Shown: in pieces, positions 1 to 13,793 of the stretch
Layout: the number at the start of each line of letters is the position of its first letter
Position numbering within the stretch: the first letter of the stretch is position 1
Assembly: GCF_018350175.1 (NCBI RefSeq)
Contig: NC_058368.1
Location: 157,978,001-158,042,000 of the forward strand
Origin: Felis catus
Taxonomy: Eukaryota
Direction of reading: 5' to 3'
DNA length: 64,000 bases
The notes under the pieces: model-generated
What the model was told of the DNA's origin: nothing
Seen by the model: the letters and a program-made list of their open reading frames with translations, nothing else
Database searches by the model: none
Position numbers and translations under genes: made by a program

Positions 1-440
1 ATCTTCTTGTTTTACTTGTAAGTAAAACAAGTAAAAAAAAGTAAAAACAAGCATCTTCTATTTATAGATAATGAAGTCCTTTTTGCAACTATACTTTTAC
101 TGTTGTATTTCTTTTGGTGTATCTTTTCATTTGGAATTTAAAATACAGTACTGAAAGTTTCTCTCCATACCATATAAATTAAGCTCCTATTATAAGTAAA
201 ATTTGGGTTTCAATATTGTAGAAATATGTAATTTTGTCCCCGATTTTTACTGGAACAAAAATTTTAAATGACAAAACTTCCTTTGTGTCTGTTTTCTGCT
301 GTCTATTCACAGCCTTGGCACTTTCCACATTATGCATTCACAGATGAGGCTTTGACTTCCTTCTTAGGAAGACTCAGATTTTAAAGACATAGCTTGGCTC
401 CATAGTCTTAAATATCTTGCCTCTTTTCTTTATATATCAC

Positions 441-563
441 TGTTAAGAATACACTTATCTTGATGAGCACTGAGTCGAATATGGGTTTGTTGATTCACTA
501 TATTTTACACCTGGAACTCATCTAACACTGTATGTTAACTACACTAGAATCAAAATTTAAAAC
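441..563 (+). mobile_element. L1 3'-terminal fragment (carnivore type)
   Basis: GATGAGCACTGAGT...TCACTATATTTTACACCTGGAACT...ACACTGTATGTTAACTACACT; resembles the 3' end at 50690-50780. Confidence 0.7.
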
Positions 564-1608
564 AAATTGTCAAACTCTTAGCTACTTGACATCACTCTTG
601 CAAGACACTATGCTGAATACTGTGGAGATATCAAAGGAGGTGATTCTTATCTTTAAGTACACAATCCAGCAAAAGAACTAAGCTTTTCTGTAACTGTAAT
701 GTACCTGTTGAATACTTTATTCATGGCATCATGTGTTATAGGAATTTAGAGAAGGAAGAGCTCTGGGGATGGAAAGATCTAGGAAAGCTTTGCTAGGAGG
801 AAATATTTTATCTGAACTTTGAAGTTTGGGTAGAATGTCAAGAAGTGAAGAGATAGAAAAGGGATGAGGCAACAGAACAAAACCTACAAGGGTGAAAGTA
901 TAGGATGTGACCAGAATACAGTGAGGTGTTGGTTTTCTGGAGCAGGGAAGAGGTGATAGGGTACTGAGCTGGATGGTGAGGACCTTGGATGCCAGGAAAA
1001 GGAGCTTATGCTTTATCCCTTGGCAACCGGGAATCAAGGATTTTTGAGCAAGGAAACGGCATAATTAGGAGTCTTGATAAGATTAATTTATCAGAAATAT
1101 AAAGATACATCAGAGATACTTGGGATTTTTGGATCTATTATAATAAAGATGTAGCCTTCCCAGATCTTTCTATTTAAAATTTCAATTCTCCTCACATGCT
1201 CCTGAACTCCCTTATCCTTCCCCCCCCCCCTTTAATAGTACTCTTCTAACATACTGCGTAATTCATTTGTTTTGTATATTATTAATGTCTGTCTCCCCTG
1301 CTATAGCTATGTAGGAAGGGTTGACATTTTTATCTATCTAGTTCTCTGATGTATACCATTCAGAAGAATGCCAGGCACAGGCGATATTCTGAGTTAAATA
1401 TTTGTTGGTTGGATGACTGAATGTGCCTAAGTATTAAGTAGCCCTAATAATTTTTAAACTTGTGGCATTTTGTCATTAGATTCTTTTATTATCTGAAGCT
1501 TTTCCTTAGCTTTGAGACCTGCATTGTTTCTATCAAGCCAATCAAGCATTATTTAATAAATAAATACCCAAGAGTTTTGTCCTCAAGTTTTATATCTTAG
1601 CACTAGGT

Positions 1609-2377
1609 TGTGAAACAACCATCAGGGGAATCTGGCTTAATTTGCTCTTTTTCCTCAGAGCCCAAAATGTACCGGTTAAACAGTCCCCTGGTGACAAGAA
1701 AGAGGCAACACACATCCTTAAACACTGAAGAGTCTGGTTCTTGGTTAAAATTCCACATGTGATTTTCAGGTTTCTTTAGAGGCATGACAAAGGCTCTACC
1801 TGGCAGGCTCTATGGAGAAACTTCCCTCCCCACACCAGCCTGGATGTGGTCTCTAAAAGGAGTTGCCATCAAGGACTCAGACCCCTACCTGGTTAGGTAT
1901 ATTTACTTTACCACCCCTTTTGCCTTCATTCCTAGGTCTCCTTATCTGAGGCCAAGGGTAGAGGTCTTCTTCAGACCTCTGGACTCTACCCAAGGCCTCC
2001 TTATGGGGAGAAAGGAGGACACCTTAAGATACTTCTGCCCATTCTGACTCAGTACCCAGTACCATACTCTCAGCTTTCATTCCTGCCCCACCTCCACCCC
2101 AGTCAATAAAACCAGCAGGGCCTTATGTTTGGGCTCCCTCAACAGTGACATGACTCCCCATGTCTGTGCTACGTTACGTGCCATTCAACTGGCACACTTT
2201 TCCATGGAGGAAAATGGAATAGGAGGAGTTAGCTTTTTTTTTTCTGATTTTAGACTCTTGTTTAAAACATTGTAGTAAGCAGTTAAAGGCTTAACTCTTT
2301 CATTTTGTATTTATTGCTTTAATCTGCTATTCTGACACCTGGCAGCTTAGTTCTCTCTCTCATCTCAGCTCCTGACA
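1609..2377 (+). mobile_element. Probable old solo LTR (ERVL-like; family not determined)
   Basis: TG...CA termini (TGTGAAAC...CTCCTGACA), TATA-like element near 1898, AATAAA at 2105, ~770 bp long. Confidence 0.5.
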
Positions 2378-3040
2378 AACGTAACACCTAACTCTAGTGA
2401 GTGACTGATGGAGTGCTTAGAAAGACTCCAGTTCATTGATTCTTATGGGCCCCAGACTGCTTGCATCATAGTTACCTGTTACACTTGTGAATAGTGAAAA
2501 TTCCTGAATTCCATCTAAACCTATTGAATCAAAATATCTGAGGGTAGGACATGATTTTGATATTTATATTTCAAAAAACTGTCTAGTTAATTCTATGTCA
2601 TAGCTAAAAATAATAGGAACTGGAAGAAAGCATACAAGCATATAACCAATTAAGACAATTGAAAGTCTTTCCAAATCATGGGGTTGGAATAGGGAGTAAT
2701 AGAAAGCACATCAAACCATATTTTATACCAAAAAGACCTGTGCTGTCTCAAGCAAGTCACCTCATTTCCCTGAGCCTGAGGTGACTCATCTGTAAGATGA
2801 GAGGGTTGAGTATGATAATCTCCAGAATTCTTTCCTATTCATACCTCCTATCTGCCCAGTATCATAAATACCTTATTTAGGTAGTGTTTCCAAGTTGGCC
2901 AACCCACACTAAGGAATATTAATTGACTAATTAACTAATAAAAATTAATTATCTTAGCAGAAATGGCTATTTTCTCAGTATAGGAACCAATTCCGTTCTA
3001 TTAAGCATTTTATTGAAATTCTTTCTTCCTTCCAGTTTTT

Positions 3041-3246
3041 TTTAAGCTTATATATTTATTTTGAGACAGAGAAACAGATAGACCAGGGGAGGGGGAGAGA
3101 GAGAGAGAGGGAGGGAGAAAATCCCAAACAGGCTCTGCATTGTCAGTGCAGAGCCAGACTCAGGGCTTGATCTCACAAACCATGAGATCATGACCTGAGC
3201 TGATATCAGAGTTGGATGCCCAACTGACTGAGCCTTCCAAGCACCC
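3041..3246 (-). mobile_element. SINEC (tRNA-derived carnivore SINE)
   Basis: Reverse SINEC head, (AG)n segment and T tail; 14-bp TSD TCCTTCCAGTTTTT at 3027-3040 and 3247-3260. Confidence 0.92.
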
Positions 3247-4692
3247 TCCTTCCAGTTTTTGAAAGGAAGTTTTAGGTAAAAGTTTCTAATCTTTGTGGTC
3301 AGTGGGAAACACATCAATTTCTCATTTGGACCATCAGTGCGAGCAGGTGTGTATATGGAGGTTGGGGTGAGGAAGTGTACTAAGGAAATATAAGGCAGGG
3401 TTATGAAATCAAACATAAAGCATAGACTTTCTGTAGCAGATAATTTATTTTCTATTTAGGTGCAGGCTCTATTTTTAAAAAATGTTTAACCTAATCTTTG
3501 CAAAAGATTCAGGGGAACTTCACTGTCATGCAGTTAGGAAAATTAAGCTTGTTTTCCTAAAGGGTTATTCTCCATTTATGTGATCGCATTTCATAAATGA
3601 AAAGAAACTGCTAACAATAGTGCATCTCATTCCTGACAGCCTTCCTTTGTTAATTAGTGCTCAACAGCATCCACAATAATTAAATTTTTAAAAACTGCAT
3701 TAGGTTGCTAATCAAGGATATGTTTATAGAAAATAAGGAGTATGGAATTAAACATTGAAATTAAGCATTGCTTCTAATTAGTGTAGGTAAAGTAATCTAG
3801 AGACAAAATTCTAAAGTGAAAAATCTTACAGGCTACCTGGTTCAGCCTCTAATCACATGTAAGTAAACCTAGATATTAAAGATTTTCTAACCTGGACACT
3901 TTCCAACATTTCACAACCCACTGAGTCAAGGATTTCTTTGATGTGTTTTAACCAAAAGTTCCATTGCAGCATCGAAATCGAATCCTATTTCCTTTTCTCT
4001 AGCCTTTAATGAAAACAGATTAGTTCATCTGGATGCTTAATACCTCCACAGGTGTAAAGGGAGTCAGTGTTTTACTTCAGAATTTTTGTTCTTTATTAAA
4101 AATTATTCTGATTCCTCTGCTCTCTCCTCAGAATAACTGAGGCTATGCCAATTAACTACCCTATTGAGCATCTTTACAACCATACCTAGATGAGATTGTA
4201 GGAAAATGCAATTGTAAAGTAACTCTTTACAGAAGTTGTTTCTTGAAATTTAGTCAAGATACTCCCAGCACTAACACTAGCTGGGATCCTTGTTAAAAAT
4301 GGGGATTCCCAGGCCAAATACCAGATATTTTTGAATCTGAGCACTGGCATTAGGACTTGGGAATCTGCCTATTAAATAAAGCCCAAAGGATTATGCTGCT
4401 GTTCAAGAAACACTCTTCTAGGAAAGAAAAATATTCCTCTACACATATTTGAGCCAATACCTATTCTTTCTCCTCCGTTCTCCTCTTCCCATTCCCTGGC
4501 ATTCCAGCTATGTCATGTTTAATGTTTAATGTAGTATAATAGGTAATCCTCTTGTGACAAGGAGTCTTTTATGATAAACTCACGAGCACATGAGTTATGA
4601 CAGTCCTTTATCAGCATCAATCTTAACACCTCTTTCTCTGAGGGTCTGATGGACTGCCATCCAACATTTCCTCTCCCTTGCAGGCCTGTGGG

Positions 4693-4940
4693 AGGCAGTG
4701 TAGTATGTAGTAGCAGATAGCACAGGATTTGTGGTCAGACAGATCTGAATTTGAATCTGCTTTTGGGATCTTGGTTACATTTCTCAACCTCTCTAAGCCT
4801 CAAGTTCTTCTTTTATAAAATGCAAGTAATAATTTCTTTTTCAGAAGGCTGTTGTAAGGGCTAGAATTAGTATTGTATACAAAGAGGTTAGCACAGTGTC
4901 CAGCTCATAGTAAGAACCTGACAAATACTGAAGGTTATTA
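4693..4940 (+). mobile_element. MIR
   Basis: GAGGCAGTGTAG...CTCTCTAAGCCTCAAGTTCTTC...TAAAATG...AGCACAGTG core motifs. Confidence 0.65.
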
Positions 4941-5060
4941 TTCTTGATAAATTTAGCCCACAGTTGTTCTCCATAGTTGTTCCTTGAGGAGTGACCCTTG
5001 GTTAAATGATTTATCCCAATCTTGATTGTCTAGAGGCACTTTTAGAAATTCTGCCATTCA

Positions 5061-6444
5061 ACAAAAACAGACACATAGACCAATGGAATAGAATAGAAAC
5101 CCCAGAACTAGACCCACAAAAAGTATGGCCAACTAATCTTTGACAAAGCAGGAAAGAATATCCAATGGAAAAAAGACAGTCTCTTTAACACATGGTGCTG
5201 GGAGAACTGGACAGCAACATGCAGAAGGATGAAACTAGACCACTTTCTTACAGCATTCACAAAAACAAACTCAAAATGGATAAAGGACCTGAATGTGAGA
5301 CAGGAAACCATCAAAACCCTAGAGGAGAAAGCAGGGAAAGACCTCTCTGACCTCAGCCGCAGCAATTTCTTACTTGACACATCTCCAAAGGCAAGGGAAT
5401 TAAAAGCAAAAATGAACTATTGGGACCTCATGAAGATAAAAAGCTTCTGCACAGCAAAGGAAACAACCAACAAAACTAAAAGGCAACCAATGGAATGGGA
5501 AAAGATATTTGCAAATGACATATCAGTCATTGGATATAGATTATCCAAAATCTATAAAGAGCTCAACAAACTCCACACCCGAGAAACAAATAATCCAGTG
5601 AAGAAATGGGCAGAAAACATGAATAGACACTTCTCTAAAGAAGACATCCAGATGGCCAACAGGCACATGAAAAGATGCTCAATGTCACTTCTCATCAGGG
5701 AAATACAAATCAAAACCACACTCAGATACTATATCACGCCAGTCAGAGTGGCCAAAATGAACAAATCAGGAGACTATAGATGCTGGAGAGGATGTGGAGA
5801 CACGGGAACCCTCTTGCACTGTTGGTGGGAATGCAAACTGGTGCAGCTGCTCTGGAAAACAGTGTGGAGTTTCCTCAAAAAGTAAAAATAGGCATACCCT
5901 ATAACCCAGCAGTAGCACTGGTAGGAATTTACCCAAGGGATGTGGGAGTACTGATGCATAGGGGCACTTGTACCCCAATGTTCATAGCAGCACTCTCAAC
6001 AATAGCTAAATTATGGAAAGAGCCTAAATGTCCATCAACTGACGAATGGATAAAGAAATTGTGGTTTATATATACAATGGAATACTATGTGGCAATGAGA
6101 AAGAATGAAATATGGCCTTTTGTAGCAACGTGGATGGAACTGGAGAGTGTTATGCTAAGTGAAATAAGTCATACAGAGAAAGACAGATTCCATATGTTTT
6201 CACTCCTATGTGGATCCTGAGAAACTTAGCGGAAGGCCATGGGGGGAGGGGAAGGAAAAAAAATGGTTAGAGAGGGAGGGAACCAAAACATAAGAGACTC
6301 CTAAAAACTGAGAACAAACTGAGGGTTTATGGGGGGGGGTGGGAGAGGTGGGTGGGTGATGGGTATTGAGGAGGGCACCTGTTGGGATGAGCACTGGGTG
6401 TTGTATGGAAACCAATTTGACAATAAATTTCATATTTAAAAAAA
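5061..6444 (+). mobile_element. 5'-truncated young L1 (L1_Fc-like): ORF2 C-terminus, 3' UTR and poly(A); antisense within PCSK1 intron 9
   Basis: ORFs 5229-5885 and 5780-6220 are L1 ORF2 C-terminal sequence (CWRGCG...HCWWECKL) split by a frameshift near 5880. G-rich 3' UTR, AATAAA, A tail; perfect 17-bp TSD AGAAATTCTGCCATTCA at 5044-5060 and 6445-6461. Confidence 0.96.
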
Positions 6445-9122
6445 AGAAATTCTGCCATTCAGAGTTTCTGAAATAATCATCTTGGTGTAGACAACTGAAT
6501 AGAGTTCAGAAACTTGTCTATTTGAGAACAGATGTCTCACTAACTTCCATGTACTTTGTCAGGACGTATATAAAATGTAAGCTACAGTATGTCTATCTTA
6601 TTGACGATTGAATCAAAATGAAAGGAATTAAATTCTTATTATATGCACCATGGATTCCTAGTATCTCTTATATTATGAACGGTGTGAGAAGCTCATGGAA
6701 CCCACAGACCATTCCTTCAGAAAAGTGCCATACACATACTCATAAGCAATTCTGCATCTAGTTTCGATGAAGTTCATGAACTGCTGGTAACTCATTTATG
6801 TTATTTCATAGCAACCCATGAAGCTCCTGCTTTAAAAATATTCTATTAAAAATTAACTAAAGTTAATGAGGCTAGATCATTCTTAGATCATTTTCTTCTT
6901 GCACAGAAAGAAGTTTGAAATTTTAGAAATCAGAGGTTATAATTTTAATTTTCAGTTCTTACATGAAATTAATATTACATCTGTTCATTGAGATAGGTGT
7001 TTCTACTATACTGGTCACTAGGCAAGGATGGGTTAGGCCTGGATACTTCTATTTACATGCATCTGATAAGTGTTGGGTAGAAAAGACTTAAAATTTTAAG
7101 GATAATTTTTTTATAGCTTCCTGGAACTAACAGCTTATATTCTCAAATCACAACTATCATCAGCCTATTTCACCATCTGTGTGAAACAGCTTGCTTTCAT
7201 TTGACCTTATTTTCTTCGACTCTGGGTGTTCCACCACCAACTTCAGTAATTCGTGTTAGATGATACCTTCAATTTTCAAAAAGGAAGAAATTTGGAAAAA
7301 AAAAAAAAAGATCTAACCCTTCCCTTTTAGAGCTAGTAAATTGAACCCTCAACTGGAGATTAACTTGCCTAAGGTAGGGATATGCCTAGAACTTGAAGCC
7401 ATGTGTTCCTTGAACTTTTGAGTGCTTAGATTATTTTTCCTTGAATTTGGGTTGGATCTGCTGATGCGAGTCTGACCTTATGTTCATAGACTCTGCCTTC
7501 TGTCCATTCCTCTCCTGTTACAAGTGAACTCAGATTCTCAATGCAGCTCTTCTGCTGGGCCCCAGAGCTTCAAGTTTCCCTGTTTCTGACTGAGCCTCTG
7601 GATTTTCTCTTCCCTTACCAGACATCTTCCCAGTCCCTCCAACTAGGTAAATTCTTGTGCAAAACTTCCTAGGCCTGTCTTGCTTAGCCACTGTGGCCAT
7701 CTCATTGCTGAGATACCACGATGAAACCACAACTACACAGGTGGCCCCAGGGCTCCTGGATCTACATTGGACTTTCCAGAACAAATACTTAGCAACTTCA
7801 GAGTTTTTCCAGCCATGGCACAGGCCAAGGTGTTCTATTTTTCTGCTATTATGAACCTCATCTACTGAATATTATGTGAGGGGAATGCTTTGTTCTTTCT
7901 CTAGAGAATACAGATGTTCTCCTATGATAACCTTCTTATTAGGAAGGATAACAGTAACTTGCAAATTTAACAACCTCCTCTATCATGCAACCAGAGCACC
8001 TGACTTGATATTGAAAGTTTTCTTGCCACTAGAAAGCAGAAACAAGGACAGATAAAAAGCTGTAGATACACAGTGTGCAACAGTTAGATTTTTTCCTCTG
8101 TATTAAGAGTTGTACTATTGGGTAACCAATATGAGGAAAAAAATAATGCCAAATCCTTTTTTAACATCATACACTAAAATTCCAGGGGAATTTAGAATTT
8201 AGATATGGCAAAGGAATCATAATAAAAGACATATAAATAAATGTTAATCTAATTTGAGGTCGTAAATATTTTTCTGAGCATGAAAGCAAAGGAAAAAGTC
8301 TTAAAGATACTGACAAATATAGGTGTATATATACTTATTTCATTGCAATAAAAATTACATATAAGTAAAATTAAAAGGTAAATGTCAAGCTAACCAAGCA
8401 TTAATAGCTTTTCTAAACTAAGGTCATAAAACAAAATCAAGGTCATAAACAAGCAATCACAGGTGATAAATGGCCAAAGAATATAAGATATTGAGCTTCA
8501 TCACTAGTGAAATAAAAGCATATAAAGTTGAGATACCATTTTGCCCTATTAAAATAGCAAACATTTTAAAAGATAAGAAAAGTAACTTTGGTAAGGAAAC
8601 TTGCACTTGGACACAGTATTGACGGTAATGTAAAATGATATGGTCTTTCTAGATAGTAACTTGTCAGTATGTAGCCAAATCATTAAAACATGCATGCCCT
8701 TTGACCCAGAAATTCCAATCAGGGGTGTTTATCCTGAGGAAATTATCAGAGATAACAACCAATATTTATGGACAAGAGTGTGTATCTAAACATGATTAGA
8801 TGACTTTAATATAATTCGCATTTATATAATGGGATACTACAAACAGATAATTCTGTTTTTAATTTTCATGTTTCCTGATATGTTAGATCAGCTCTAGGAT
8901 TGGTTTATATAATCTGAAAAAAGAGGGATGTTTTATAAGCTTATTGTTCCTAATACTGCCCACAGGAAATTATCTGGACAAAGTCTTTCCTGGTGGGAAC
9001 AAACAGAAGTGAGAAGGCCTTGCAGCTAAGTGGGAGAAAAATTGGGAGGAAAGCATGAATTTTTAAAGGTCAAAGAACATTGATTTAGCCATGAGAAAGT
9101 GCTCTTAATATATTATAGGGTA

Positions 9123-9341
9123 GGGGCGCCTGGGTGGCTCAGTCGGTTAGGTGTCCGACTTCAGCTCAGGCCACGATCTCTCGGTCTGTGAGTTCGAGCC
9201 CCGCGTCGGGCTCTGGGCTGATGGCTCAGAGCCTGGAGCCTGCTTCCGATTCTGTGTCTCCCTCTCTCTCTGTCCCTCTCCCATTCATGCTCTGTCTCTC
9301 TCTGTCTCAAAAATAAAGAAACGTTAAAAAAAATTAAAAAT
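9123..9341 (+). mobile_element. SINEC_Fc-like SINE (young)
   Basis: GGGGCGCCTGGGTGGCTCAGTCGGTT head with CpGs intact, (CT)n segment, AATAAA, A tail; TSD ATATATTATAGGGTAG. Confidence 0.95.
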
Positions 9342-9574
9342 ATATATATTATAGGGTAGATTTTAAAAATTACAAAATTACGTGTATACTAAGTTCCCAA
9401 TTTTGTAAGATAAGTGTGTGTGTGTGTTAAATCTACATGGAGATGTTAACAGGAAGAGGACTTATATTTGAATAGTTTTCTAAGTTTCCTACTGTAAGCA
9501 TAATTGAGAAAGCAATATATGTTATTAAAAAGAAGGAGAGGCAATAAAGGTGATTAGAAGTTTTCTGGGCCTTA

Positions 9575-9742
<168 letters not shown>

Positions 9743-12139
9743 TTAACCATACCTAAGGCTGCATCTGCCACGATCAGGAAACTCAGCTGATTCGATTCCC
9801 TACTTCCTCTGTTAAACCATAGGCGGATGTTTGCCATCTGCTGATATTTTAGTTCACTCTCCTCTATATACAACTTGTGTATAATTCTGGCATCAAGATG
9901 CCTTTTCTGGGGATGAAGTACTCCCACTATGAATATTTTCTGAGATTCCCAAACGAAATACTGTCTGTAAAGAAGGGACAGTTTCAAAATCACTGTGAAT
10001 CATGCTGGCCCATTAATCATCAGGTCCATTGTGTTTAGTCTGGCATATTTAGAAATTCTGCTTCATGCAAAATTCCCATTTGCCTTCAAATTGACATCTG
10101 ACTGTCTCTTCAGCACGAGGATGTAGAGCCATTCTGATTTTGGCCACTTGAACTACTTGCACAAATTTGCTTAGTTTGTATGTAGTGTGCACTCATTGCT
10201 GATATCATCTGATGGCCATGAGTTAGTGTCCATATTTGCACTATGATGAAAATGGTGTTTTTCAAATAAATGAAAGGTGTGTCAGATTCTGATCTGATTA
10301 CAAATTGTAAAACTGCTACTCAGTAGATGTGTCCCATGGGCACATGGTTTCCCCATCTGTAGAATGAGGTTGACATTTCCTGACTCATATTCTGAGGATG
10401 AAATGAGATCCTGTCTGTGAAAGTATTCTTACACAGTATTACTGCACATAAGGAATTACCCAGGCTAATTTTATCTTAATGAAGAGGTTGCCAAGACTGA
10501 AGGGAAGAAACCAAAAAAGACTTCCAATCAGTCTGCCTTAAGGACCATAGCATTGCTGGTTTAGCAAGTAGTCGGGCCAAAGGATTACTAACAAGACACC
10601 CACCCAGGCTCCTGCACTATCGTTTTTAGCTAGAGATTTCAATGTGTGGGAGGGAGGTGTAAAAAAATAATTTGTTTTATTATCACCTCCTTTGGCTTCC
10701 CACTTTGAGTTGCTGAATTTCTCAAGTTATGGTGGCTCTGCTCCTTAGAGGGCTGCGGAAGCAAGGTTGTCCTTTTTCCCTATTGACGCAAGTAAGCCCC
10801 CAGAGATGACTGTGCTGAGGAAAAGGTTTGCGTAAGACAAAGGCTATGTTATTGCAACCATCTCAAATAGAATCCACCAGCTGTCTCTCCTATGGCAGAT
10901 TTACCTAAGGAGAGAACTTTACAAAGATGGAAACTCTTCCTCCTACTTCACAGCATAATAGCTCAGATGAGGGACAGTCTATGAAATGGTGACTGAAATG
11001 TGTAACAGGCCACCTTCTGAAAAGCAACTTTAGATACCCCTAGGGACAACAATAGTCAGGGACTCTGAATATAAGTGGGATACATGTCTGCTATGCCTCT
11101 TTCAAAGGCTATGAAATATACCTGTCATAAAGATTTTCTGGGTAGAATATCACCATCTATTATTTGAGTAATTGAATATAAGGGCACGAGAGGGAGGCCA
11201 ATGTTTCAAGTTGAGGCTAGAGGTTTACTGTCTAAACTAGAGTAAGTTGCAGAAGCAGGCAGAATTCCAGAATAGTGATCCTGTATGGAAAAGAGAACTA
11301 GCAATTTTTTTTGAGACGCCATTAATATGAATCTTACACACATTCCAGTGTCTAATTATCATGGGGTTCACCTACAATCTAATTGAATCATGACCTATTA
11401 TTTCATAGAGATTAGAATTTAGATACTTTAGCTAGATGGTTCTTTCTGTATCAGGAGTTAAAATTTGGGACCATACAGTTTAAAATTAAAAGTACTTCCC
11501 TTTGTTTGCAAAGCCCCCGAATGGCCCTTCATCACTGTGCCCTTGAAGGGAAATCCAATAATTGCCCTTGGCAGTCTGACTCATGGAAGTGAAGGCACAG
11601 CCAAGTGTGGGCTGGAGATGCTCTCTGAGCATATAACCTTCCTGAGCTGTTTATTCAGATGCTGAGAAGTTCATCTCGGGGGAAATTTAGACCGTTATTT
11701 TCCTGCAGGTTATCCATTCATAGGAAACATAGCTATTGTATGTTCTGTATTTTTATCATCTGCTAAAGGGCATGTTAGACCATATCCCTGCTATTAAAGG
11801 ATCAATAAGTACAAGGGTGGTGAAGCCCCTACAACCCTGTAATCTCCTTTAAGGCTGTTCTCAGGGAGGCATCACACAAGCAGAATAGATATTTTGATTC
11901 TTGGCTGTATGTAATGACAACTTAGTGGCTTCCCAGGGCTGGGTTTAAAGATGACAGAGAGGCAACATCATCTTGGCAGAGGCATCATTATCCTTGAGAG
12001 AGAAAACTCCCCAATAGATGCCAGCCTTTCAGGTGAGCAAAGTGTGAATCTCCCCAGCTGAGTCATCAAGCTTAAGCCAAGCAGTTTTACCAAAGGTACT
12101 GACCAAAGGATCTTGTTGAAAGAAAGCCCTGCTCCCCTA

Positions 12140-12385
<246 letters not shown>

Positions 12386-12628
12386 CTAAAAGAAAAGCCA
12401 GACTATATCACATCTATCATCTGTTGGGATCACTGTCACATCCCCATAAAATCCCCAACAAATACATGCATGAAGTTCCCAGAGACATTTATTTGGAGTC
12501 TGTTTCAATGCCAGGTGCTCCAGCATCCGTGCTGGAAATCTCACAAGACTTCATATTACAAGCCACTGGGCCATGGCTCTGCTAGTCCTCCTTCATCTGG
12601 GCCCTCTCTGGGATGAGTCAGTGAGTGC

Positions 12629-12631
12629 TTT

Positions 12632-12695
<64 letters not shown>

Positions 12696-12731
12696 TTTCT
12701 TTTTCTTTTTCTTTTTCTTTTCTTTCTTTTT

Positions 12732-12811
<80 letters not shown>

Positions 12812-12814
12812 TTC
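12629..12814 (+). repeat. Compound (TTTC)n/(TTTTTC)n microsatellite in intron 7
   Basis: About 185 nt of pure pyrimidine tandem repeat. Confidence 0.97.
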
Positions 12815-13535
12815 CTTATTGTAAGGATTCACAATCTGGCCTTTAGCACTCACTTGTATTCTCTCACTCTTTCCTTGGCTTATGTTGCTGCGTTTGAATC
12901 TTTGAACTTCCTCTCTTTCTGCTTAAATCTTCTGGCTGACTGATAGAATGACAAAATCAGACATTATTCAGATCTGTTTTGCAGCTGCATTAAAAGGGAC
13001 TCTTCAGTTGAAAGAAACTCGTCAAGGCTACTCTTTCTATGACTTCTCAGTTTGTGCTCTCCAAAGTTTCTACTTTTGTTTTATCCTGTGCAGAACAAGG
13101 CCTTAGAATCCTGGTAAGGATGCGGTAAATGGAGCAACACAATCAAGGCACAAGTATGTACCAGGCACATACAAAAGATGAAGTAGCATGTAGCTATATT
13201 TAAGGATGTGTCTCTAGAGATTTGAAAGAAGTCTGGGTAGTAGTTTACCTAGTGTAAAAATCTTAAAGCAGCAGAAAAATGAGAAAGGACATATTCATAG
13301 TATTTTTTAAGTAAATACTCTAAGAGTAATGAATCTCTATTGAATGTCAGACCCAATTAGGGAAAACTGCCTTAACCCTTAAGTTCCATCCCTCTGAAGA
13401 ATGATTTGGCTCTCTAAATGCATTTCAAATTGTAAGCAACAATAAGAAATTCAAAGCCATTTCTTTTGATATAAACTAAGTGTTCTTCCCTTTCCTTCAT
13501 ATACAAATGGCCAGGTTTCATTTCAGGTAGATCTA

Positions 13536-13793
<258 letters not shown>

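Noticed and set aside
9134..9316. Recurrent MAQSV...SAQVMIS ORFs and tRNA-like heads (also at 17921, 40256, 45428, 58563, 59527)
   Set aside because: All are SINEC copies. The heads are tRNA-derived A/B boxes, not tRNA genes or a protein family.
12573..12853. FFLS- and KKER-repeat ORFs
   Set aside because: Translations of the (TTTC)n microsatellite.
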